NCBI GenBank assembly: GCA_027858295.1
Contig: JAQICZ010000014.1
Location: 1,293-65,292, forward strand
Direction of reading: 5' to 3'
Source of the DNA: Nanobdellota archaeon
GTDB lineage: Archaea > Nanobdellota > Nanobdellia > Pacearchaeales > GW2011-AR1
DNA length: 64,000 bases
Shown piece after piece: positions 1-6,989 of this stretch. The notes beneath the pieces were generated by a model, which was given only the letters and a program-made list of their open reading frames with translations, was not told where the DNA came from and searched no databases. The translations under genes and the position numbers were made by a program. Numbering within the stretch: position 1 is the first letter of the stretch; each line of letters opens with the position of its first letter.

Positions 1-3000
1 GAAATTATAATTTCACTATTGTAACCTCAAACTCAACAAGCATAGTAAACACTACAAATATTTCTGTAACTGTTAATGATACAACAGCGCCTTATTGGAT
101 TGATTTTGTAGACCCCACTCCAGCAAATAATACAAATTTATCTCAATCATATATCGAAGCAAATATTTCTGTTAATGACAGTTTTAGTAATATAAGTACA
201 ATAAGAATCTACCTTTACAATACAACTGGATTAGTAAACAACACAAATGTTTCTGCAGTTGGTGGATTAAATGCAACAGGCTTTGTTAATTTTTCATCAG
301 TAACCTTACCAGATGGAATTTATTACTTGAATGCAACAGCAAACGATACTGCAGGAAATGAGAACTTAACTGGACCAACAAGAACAATAACACTAGATAC
401 AACAGGACCGGTTATTACTTTGTTTAATTATACAAATGCAACATTAAAATCAAATTATTCAACTTTGGCTCTTAATGTTTCAGTTGTGGATACTATTTCG
501 AATGTAAGCGCGTGTGTTATTAATGTGAATGATAAAACAAATCAAACAGTTGCCTATAATTCCACTGGTTGGTGTAACGCAACAGCAATTTCATTAACAG
601 GTTTGGCTGATGGAAATTATACTATTAATGTTTATGCTAATGATACGTTGGGGAATTTTGCCTTGAATGATTCTTATGTCGTACAAATTAATACTGCAGC
701 TTTCTTTCAATCAGCAGTTGATTTGGGGAATGCATCAAATTTTACAATTCTTTCAAAGAGTGCTATAAGCACAACGGGAGAAACTACAATTACGGGAGAC
801 ATTGGTATAAGTCCACCTGCTGCGACGTATATAACTGGTTTTGATTTGGTGATGGATGCTGGTGGCGCATTCGCGACATCAACTTATGTAAATGGAAGTG
901 TATATGCATCTGACTATGATGTTCCCACTCCTGCCTATATGACTGATTCCATAGGTGATATGGAAACTGCTTATACAGATGCTGCTGGAAGAACAAATCC
1001 AGTTGCTACTGAGCTTGGAGCTGGAGATATTAGTGGAATGACTCTTTACCCTGGAGTATACAAATGGTCAAGTGGGCTCACAATACAAACTGACGTTACT
1101 CTAGATTGCCTTGGAAATTCAAGTGCAGTTTTCATTTTCCAAATAGCACAAACCTTAACAGTTGCTAATGGAAAAGTAATTACTTTAAGTGGCAACTGTC
1201 AAGTAAACAACATATTCTGGGCAGTTGAAGGCACAACGACACTTGGAACAACTTCCCAATTTAAAGGAAATATATTAAGTGTAACGGATATTATTATGCA
1301 AACTGGAGCAACTTTAAGCGGAAGGGCACTAGCACAAACAGCTGTTGCATTGGATGCTAATACTGTTTCTTCAACTGGAGCAGAAATTGTCTCTGTAGCT
1401 CCTGGTATTACTTTGCCACTTTATGTAAATGGAACAGCTTATACAAATTTACAAAATTTAACTTTAAATATTTCTCTTAGTAATGAAGGCACAGGTAGAA
1501 GTGCTTGTGTTGTTAATCTGAATGGAGTAACAAATCAAACAGCAAATCAAACAATTGCTTATGTAAATGGGTCAAATGGTACTGGCTGGTGTAACACAAC
1601 AGCAATTGCATTAACAGGTTTGGTTGATGACAATTATACTATTAATGTTTATGCAAATGATACACTAGGGACATTCGGATTAAATGATTCTTATGTTGTT
1701 CAAGTGGATTCAACATATCCTTTAATTGACTACGGCACTGGAGTAGAAGACAACAATACTAATATATCTCAATCGAATATTTATGTTAATGTTTCAGTAA
1801 CTGAGGCAAATGAAAAAAATATTACCTTCTTATTACATAATTCAACGGGATTCGTTAACTCAACAACCTATACAACTGCCGTAAGAACAATTAATTGGAC
1901 AGGCTTGCCTAATGGTGTGTACACATATAATGTTACAGTTGTTGATTATGCAGAAAATTCAAATACAACATTAACAAGAACAATAACTCTTGATCCAACA
2001 GCACCACTAGTTGATTATGGACTTGGTGTAGAAGTTGATGATGCTAATGTTTCTCAATCAAATATTTATGTTAATATTTCAGTAACTGAAACAAATGAAA
2101 AAAATATTACCTTCTTATTACACAATTCAACAGGATTAGTTAACTCAACAACCTATACAACTGCCGTAAGAACAATTAATTGGACAGGTTTGCCTAATGG
2201 TGTGTACACATATAATGTTACAGTTATCGATGATTCAGAAAATTCAGCTATAACTACAACAAGAACAATAACTTTGGATTCAACAGCGCCTACTGTTACT
2301 TTCAGCTGCGATAGTTCAGTAGATTTGTGGGCAACATTGGTATGTTCTTGTACAGGGGTAGATGCTGGTGGTTCAGGAGTTGAATCAACAACAATCACAA
2401 GGCCATCATCGACACTTGGAGATAATACAGCAACTTGTGCAGTTACAGATTACGCAGGAAATTCAATATCCTCTGACGTTTCATATACAGTTAGTGCTGC
2501 TAGTAGTAGTTCTGGAGGTGGAGGATACCCAACCTATTCATCAAGCCAAAATGAATTGACTACAGGCTCCCAAAAAACTATGCGAGAAAACTGGAAAATA
2601 TCCTTTAAAGTTGGAGGCGAGTCACATACATTCGAAGTTGACGAAATCGGATTAACAACTGTAAAAATAACTATCACCTCAGACCCTCAAGAAGCAACAC
2701 TTTCAATTGGAGAAGAAAAGAAATTTGATGTTACTGGAGATGGTTATTATGATGTTTCAGTAAAATTAGACTCAATAGACAACAGTAACACACAATATCC
2801 AAAAGCAGATTTTACAATAACAACAATACATGAAGAAATTGCACAAGAAATTGTTCCAGCTGCTCAACCAAAGACTGCTCCTGTTCCTGCTCCAACAGTT
2901 CCAGAGACTACTAGCCCGCCAGAACAAACAAGAGGAATGACTGGAAGAGTAATTGATGATTTTAGCCAAAGCCCTTTCCCTTGGATAATATTGGTAGTAC

Positions 3001-3098
3001 TTTTAATCGCCTTAGTTGTCTTTTTCATTATTAGAAAAAGAAACAAGGACTTAAAGAAAAAAGTTAAAATTTCAAACCCATTAAAGAAAAGAAGATAA
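1..3098 (+). CDS. Large surface glycoprotein-like protein, 5'-truncated by the window edge. Contains tandem Ig-like modules, an embedded DUF3494 domain, a Gly/Ser linker, a ~80-aa C-terminal beta module, a Pro-rich stalk, and a C-terminal TM helix with a basic tail.
   Basis: Reading frame 3 is open from nt 3, and my hand translation shows the same NxS/T-rich repeat style upstream. The TTG at 327 used by the ORF track is therefore internal. The C-terminus reads PWIILVVLLIALVVFFII followed by RKRNKDLKKK. The repeats resemble those of the 6119-aa protein (ITLD..P...NITF.L.N..G...S.....R.INWTGL.DG.Y.YNVT..D..N). Confidence 0.85.
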   Translation, partial: NYNFTIVTSNSTSIVNTTNISVTVNDTTAPYWIDFVDPTPANNTNLSQSYIEANISVNDSFSNISTIRIYLYNTTGLVNNTNVSAVGGLNATGFVNFSSVTLPDGIYYLNATANDTAGNENLTGPTRTITLDTTGPVITLFNYTNATLKSNYSTLALNVSVVDTISNVSACVINVNDKTNQTVAYNSTGWCNATAISLTGLADGNYTINVYANDTLGNFALNDSYVVQINTAAFFQSAVDLGNASNFTILSKSAISTTGETTITGDIGISPPAATYITGFDLVMDAGGAFATSTYVNGSVYASDYDVPTPAYMTDSIGDMETAYTDAAGRTNPVATELGAGDISGMTLYPGVYKWSSGLTIQTDVTLDCLGNSSAVFIFQIAQTLTVANGKVITLSGNCQVNNIFWAVEGTTTLGTTSQFKGNILSVTDIIMQTGATLSGRALAQTAVALDANTVSSTGAEIVSVAPGITLPLYVNGTAYTNLQNLTLNISLSNEGTGRSACVVNLNGVTNQTANQTIAYVNGSNGTGWCNTTAIALTGLVDDNYTINVYANDTLGTFGLNDSYVVQVDSTYPLIDYGTGVEDNNTNISQSNIYVNVSVTEANEKNITFLLHNSTGFVNSTTYTTAVRTINWTGLPNGVYTYNVTVVDYAENSNTTLTRTITLDPTAPLVDYGLGVEVDDANVSQSNIYVNISVTETNEKNITFLLHNSTGLVNSTTYTTAVRTINWTGLPNGVYTYNVTVIDDSENSAITTTRTITLDSTAPTVTFSCDSSVDLWATLVCSCTGVDAGGSGVESTTITRPSSTLGDNTATCAVTDYAGNSISSDVSYTVSAASSSSGGGGYPTYSSSQNELTTGSQKTMRENWKISFKVGGESHTFEVDEIGLTTVKITITSDPQEATLSIGEEKKFDVTGDGYYDVSVKLDSIDNSNTQYPKADFTITTIHEEIAQEIVPAAQPKTAPVPAPTVPETTSPPEQTRGMTGRVIDDFSQSPFPWIILVVLLIALVVFFIIRKRNKDLKKKVKISNPLKKRR
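696..1375 (+). other. DUF3494 / type-1 ice-binding-protein-like beta-helix domain embedded in the surface protein.
   Basis: The motif string matches the IBP/DUF3494 family as I remember it: LGNASNFTILSKSAISTTG..ITGDIGISP, DMETAYTDAAGR, ELGAGDISGMTLYPGVYKWSS, VFIFQI, NNIFWAVEG, QFKGNILS, GATLSGRALAQTAVALDANTV. Confidence 0.8.
1716..2285 (+). repeat. Two near-identical tandem 285-bp (95-aa) Ig-like modules.
   Basis: YPLIDYGTGVE...TRTITLDPT is followed by APLVDYGLGVE...TRTITLDST. The core DNA at 1784..1950 and 2069..2235 differs at only a few positions. Confidence 0.9.
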
Positions 3099-3234
3099 TT
3101 CGATTTTCCAGACTATAACTTAAATCCAAATATTCATTATTATCCCTAATACAATTCATCTAATTCTATACGAATATATTCCCTGGTTATATTATCTATA
3201 TAACTATCTTCTATAAATAAGGAGGTAACATATA

Positions 3235-3435
3235 ATGAATAAAATACTATCAAAAACTGCTTTAATTTTGCTTATTATTGGTGGATTAAATTGGGGACTT
3301 GTTGGAATTTTTAATTTCAACTTAGTTTCTGCAATTTTCGGTGAGATGTCTCTTCTCTCAAAAATCATCTATTCACTAGTAGGAATTTCAGGGATTGTTC
3401 AGATAATAGAACTTTTAAGCCCTAGTGAAATGTAA
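3235..3435 (+). CDS. DUF378-family small membrane protein.
   Basis: Carries the IIGGLNWGLVGIFNFNLVSAIFG signature. An AAGGAGGT Shine-Dalgarno box lies about 8 nt upstream of the ATG. Confidence 0.85.
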   Translation: MNKILSKTALILLIIGGLNWGLVGIFNFNLVSAIFGEMSLLSKIIYSLVGISGIVQIIELLSPSEM

Positions 3436-3585
3436 TTTCTATGAAAATTATTTTTTATTTTTAATTAATTTAACCCATTATATTCAGTTCTAAACCTCTT
3501 GGGTTTGGGACTTACAGATATTATTTTTTAAAAAAATTAAGTTCATAATTGATAGCCCAAAAAAGAATTGACAAAACTTACCAAT

Positions 3586-4020
3586 TCATAAAAAGGAAGA
3601 GATTTGCAAAACGGTTAAGACTACAAAACTCCACCAAGACAAGAAGCTAAAAACTAGACTAACAGAAATCATTATTTGTAGCTTATTTGGTAACAACACT
3701 TTCTTCCCAATTAACTTATCTAATCTTGGACTAACAAAAAAAGAAAGAAAAGCTCCATTAATCAACATAACCAACAGAATCAAAGTCTTTATCAAATAAA
3801 TTCCTTCAAAACCATTCTTCAATAAAACAAACATCCAACTAAAAAACACAATCAAAGTTCCAATCCAGATTAATGGTTTTGTTATATGGTGTGCATGAAT
3901 CGTTACTTGAGTCATCTCCCTACTCTTCCTAGAAAAGAAACCAAGAGTATCAATAACAGTAACTGCACCAAGCCCAATAATAAGACCCACAATATGAATA
4001 AACAAAATCCAACTAAACAT
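3586..4020 (-). CDS. Polytopic membrane protein (about 4 TM helices), function unknown.
   Basis: The ORF has four long hydrophobic segments. I recognised no family motif. Confidence 0.55.
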   Translation of the reverse strand: MFSWILFIHIVGLIIGLGAVTVIDTLGFFSRKSREMTQVTIHAHHITKPLIWIGTLIVFFSWMFVLLKNGFEGIYLIKTLILLVMLINGAFLSFFVSPRLDKLIGKKVLLPNKLQIMISVSLVFSFLSWWSFVVLTVLQISSFL

Positions 4021-4165
4021 AAATAAAACAACATTTTAAGATTAACATATTCTGTGGCGAATATGTTCTACAAAAATAATTAAAAAAACACTAATTACAA
4101 TTATATAAATTCTAAAGCCAATAATTGAAGTACCTTCATTCATGGGAAGTAAATTTATATAAGAA

Positions 4166-4636
4166 TCAAGCATTCAACTTCCAAATTGAATAATTCAAAA
4201 GGCTAGCAAAGCCTACCCAAAAGAAATAAGGGATTAGTAAATAGCCAGAAGAACTATTAACAACAAAGAAATAAACTCCAGTAATAGCAATAAGCAACAA
4301 CAAAATTAATATCTCAATAAAAGCCAATATCGGATTGTGCATTCCAAAGAACAAATAACTCCATAAAATATTAAATACAAACTGTACACCAAACAGCACC
4401 AAAGCAATAGTTCTAATATTGGAGGACGGAGAAGTCCAAACTAAATACAATGCAATTCCCATTAAAGTAAATAACAAAGTCCATGCTGGCCCAAAAACCC
4501 AACTCGGAGGATTAAAACTTGGCTTCTTTATCTGATTATACCAAGAACGATCAGAAGACGTCCATATTGCACCCAAAGAGCCAATTAGATTACACAAAAC
4601 AACAAATCCAATCAATAACATCCAATTAATCTTCAT
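4166..4636 (-). CDS. tspO: TspO/MBR family tryptophan-rich sensory protein.
   Basis: Contains WYNQIKKPSFNPPSWVFGPAWTLLFTLMGIALYLVW. It has five TM segments, is Trp-rich, and is about 155 aa long. Confidence 0.85.
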   Translation of the reverse strand: MKINWMLLIGFVVLCNLIGSLGAIWTSSDRSWYNQIKKPSFNPPSWVFGPAWTLLFTLMGIALYLVWTSPSSNIRTIALVLFGVQFVFNILWSYLFFGMHNPILAFIEILILLLLIAITGVYFFVVNSSSGYLLIPYFFWVGFASLLNYSIWKLNA

Positions 4637-4683
4637 TTATAAAAAAGTCAAACAATGTATTTATAATTTTCCCCTAACAAAAA

Positions 4684-5193
4684 TCACATCTTTCTAGAAT
4701 CATAAGCCCAATGTAACAAAGCCTGCCTCTGCCTTGGACGACACAAAAAACTTCCCCTAGGACAATTTTTCTTCAATTGAGCAATATGCCTAACCATCTG
4801 CTTCCATCTCTTAATTTGAATCTTATCATAACCAGGAATCCGACGCCCCATATAATACCTACAATACCATTGAAACCAACCACGAGGATCGTGCTCAAAA
4901 TTAATCCAACCCCGATCAACCCAATACTTCAAAGGCTTACTTGCATTTACTTTGAAAAAATTCAAATCAGCATCTCTCCCATCTTTAGCCAACTTCGCTT
5001 TTACCCACCAACTTCTTGGAAACTCCCTATTACAATCCCTCATATAAACACCACCAAACACACCCAAAGAAAACATCTGGGGAGGTGTCAACTCCGGTTT
5101 AAAGTCCTCCGCAAAATTCTTCCCTACAGGTTCTGTCAAATAATAAACATATCCTCTCTGCATTTTATCCGTAACACTTTTTTTCTTTTTCAC
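4684..5193 (-). CDS. Conserved hypothetical cytoplasmic protein. Possibly DUF4385-like, but that family name is from memory and uncertain.
   Basis: 169-aa ORF with the motifs GVFGGVYMRDC and DPRGWFQWYCRYYMGRR. The overlapping plus-strand ORF 4777..5199 is low-complexity and treated as antisense. Confidence 0.6.
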   Translation of the reverse strand: MKKKKSVTDKMQRGYVYYLTEPVGKNFAEDFKPELTPPQMFSLGVFGGVYMRDCNREFPRSWWVKAKLAKDGRDADLNFFKVNASKPLKYWVDRGWINFEHDPRGWFQWYCRYYMGRRIPGYDKIQIKRWKQMVRHIAQLKKNCPRGSFLCRPRQRQALLHWAYDSRKM

Positions 5194-5278
5194 AGATAAA
5201 CAAACCCTTTAAAATTTATAAAATAATAGACAAATTGAAATAAACCCTTCACCTTAAAGAAATTATTATCAAATATAA

Positions 5279-6001
5279 TTAATCCAATTCCACATATAAA
5301 TAATAAGCAGTAGAACCACTAAACCCACTAGCCCCATTTTCAGGAACAATCATTTGAAAATCATAAGCAGTCCCGTCATAACCAACAGCATCCTCTTCTA
5401 AAATAGCAGCATAAACAATATCTGCACTATCATATAACGCAACTTCTTCAAAAGATGAACTTGATTGCCCTGTGCTATTATAAGTATTAACAGTATGCTG
5501 ACAATTTGTAAATTGAGTCCCCGCAACAAAGAAAGGAGAATGAACATTATCATCAAATGTAGCAGTAATATTGTCTGAAATTCCTGAATGACTCATCGCA
5601 GTATTTTCCGTCTCTAAATCAGTACTATCAGCACAAGCAATTGATCCCCAAACCGGAGTAGTTATTTTTCTCGTAGCATAAACACGCCCACTCACAGAAG
5701 CCAAAGTCCAATCATAAATAGTATTTGCTGAAGAATCCTCCAAAGTAAAAGCCCCCACAACATTTCCGACAAAAGCCTTCCACTTATAATTCTGCATATT
5801 AGCCGTTAAATTAAAAGTTGAAATAATCCCACCAGAAACATTAACCATCTGAGCCCCCACTGCTGTCTTCGTCTCATTAGTCCCAAAAACCAATCCATCA
5901 GGACCACTCGGAGCAACCGCCGAAATAAATGCAGCACATAAAATAAACATTAAGCCTGCTACTAAAAGTAAACCCCCTCTCTTCCCATTTGTTCTCCCCA
6001 T
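5279..6001 (-). CDS. Family A secreted protein (paralog of 17337..18128, 18203..18928 and 62582..63268).
   Basis: The start is placed at the ATG at 6001 (MGRTNGKRGGLLLVAGLMFILCAAFISAVA). That gives a Sec-type signal peptide and a length matching the paralogs. The track's 341-aa ORF reads through upstream repeat DNA. The C-terminus is YYLYVELD. Confidence 0.8.
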   Translation of the reverse strand: MGRTNGKRGGLLLVAGLMFILCAAFISAVAPSGPDGLVFGTNETKTAVGAQMVNVSGGIISTFNLTANMQNYKWKAFVGNVVGAFTLEDSSANTIYDWTLASVSGRVYATRKITTPVWGSIACADSTDLETENTAMSHSGISDNITATFDDNVHSPFFVAGTQFTNCQHTVNTYNSTGQSSSSFEEVALYDSADIVYAAILEEDAVGYDGTAYDFQMIVPENGASGFSGSTAYYLYVELD

Positions 6002-6277
6002 AAACCTTTTTTCCGACAAATCGCTTCCCCAGACTGATTTACATTGAAAACTTTTCCAAGGGTTTTCAATTGTCTGTAAAGTAGTCAACAATCGATTTGA
6101 CCTGTCTGAAAAAAGTTTTCTCATACGCAACAGCGAATGATTCCTTCTTTTATCTCCCATTCTCCCCCTAAACCTTTTTTCCGACAAATCGTTTCCCAAT
6201 CGATTTGACCTGTCTGAAAAAAGTTTTCTCATACGCAACAGCGAATGATTCCTTCTTTTATTTCCCATTCTCCCCCA
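5995..6277 (-). repeat. Tandem upstream modules, each carrying its own GGGGGAG SD and ATGGG. Two 108-bp units plus a 54-bp C-box insert.
   Basis: Units start at 6090 and 6198 (aatcgatttgacctgtctgaaaaaagttttctcatacgcaacagcgaatgattcc...cattctccccc). ATGs lie at 6268, 6160 and 6001. The C-box gaaaacttttccaagggttttc is at about 6046..6067. Confidence 0.85.
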
Positions 6278-6285
6278 TGTTTTTA

Positions 6286-6474
6286 TCATTTTTTTGCCAA
6301 CCAAAGATTTCCTTTTTTACTCAACCAGCCCCGAGTATATAACTTTTGAAGATATTTATCAGCAGTATTCCAACTCATATTCCCAGACTTTGCAATTTCA
6401 GAAGCATTCAACCAATGATTCTTCTTAAGCAAAATTACCAAAATTGTTTTTTCAAAATGACTTAACTCAATCAT
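6286..6474 (-). CDS. Small winged-helix DNA-binding protein (62 aa).
   Basis: Shows the HTH-like pattern LNASEIAKSGNMSWNTADKYLQKLYTRGWL. It resembles 33823..34026 in size and pattern, and overlaps the upstream ORF by 4 nt. Confidence 0.55.
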   Translation of the reverse strand: MIELSHFEKTILVILLKKNHWLNASEIAKSGNMSWNTADKYLQKLYTRGWLSKKGNLWLAKK

Positions 6475-6710
6475 TTTCCAATTCGATAAGTAACCTCTCC
6501 CTTCTCCTCATCTACCACCATCTTCACAACATCCCCTTTCTTAATATCAAAATCATACATCCTCGTAACCTTCCTAGGCAAAGGAAACTTTATCTGATGC
6601 TTCTCAACAATCGGTTTCACATCAAAAACCGCCTGCTTCTCCTCTTTCTTATTCACATCCAGCTCATCCAGTATCAACTGGGGAATCTTCTCTTGCCTCT
6701 TCATATTCAT
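6471..6710 (-). CDS. Small AbrB/SpoVT-like DNA-binding protein (79 aa).
   Basis: KFPLPRKVTRMYDFDIKKGDVVKMVVD resembles the swapped-hairpin motif (IPkevr...GD.v). The 4-nt overlap with 6286..6474 suggests an operon. Confidence 0.45.
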   Translation of the reverse strand: MNMKRQEKIPQLILDELDVNKKEEKQAVFDVKPIVEKHQIKFPLPRKVTRMYDFDIKKGDVVKMVVDEEKGEVTYRIGK

Positions 6711-6754
6711 TAGACTATTTTATCATATATAAATGTTTTTTAAGTCTACATTTT

Positions 6755-6923
6755 TTTAGTCTAAAAATACAGAAAAACACCCTGAAAATAAAGAAAATTA
6801 GTCTAAAAACACATAATAACGGAACCATCAAGAATATTAGTCTAAAAAATCACACAGTCTCCTCTTGACTATAAAATATTGCTCTAAAAATCACATACTC
6901 AATTGTAAAATATTAGTCTAATA
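6755..6923. promoter_or_regulatory. Array of five direct repeats, AATATTAGTCTAAAAATCACA-like, spaced 34-42 bp apart in a divergent intergenic region.
   Basis: TTAGTCTAAAAA occurs at 6755, 6797 and 6836. TTGCTCTAAAAA is at 6878 and TTAGTCTAATAA at 6912. The array lies between the AbrB/wHTH operon (-) and the subtilase (+). Confidence 0.6.
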
Positions 6924-6989
6924 ATCCATAATTAAAAACCCAAACCCATTTTCCCCAATCTATAAAAAACAACATGCTCTATTTATATT

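Noticed and set aside
1716-2285. Diversity-generating retroelement (TR/VR pair) explanation for the near-identical 285-bp units.
   Set aside because: No reverse transcriptase ORF is in the window. Differences between the two copies are not confined to adenine positions. Both copies are in-frame tandem modules.
5920-6001. Class III (prepilin-type) signal peptides in family A (GKRG-GLLLVAG, EKRG-ILLLVAT).
   Set aside because: Two other paralogs have ordinary Sec signals. All four have A-x-A/V-type signal-peptidase-I sites after the hydrophobic core (AVA-P, AVT-P, VQ-P, ALA-V). No prepilin peptidase or pilus ATPase gene is nearby.
6002-6304. N-terminal 101-codon extension of the family A ORF in the track (341 aa).
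   Set aside because: The extension reads through tandem upstream modules that also occur in non-coding positions elsewhere. The paralogs are 228-263 aa and start with a signal peptide, as does the ATG at 6001.
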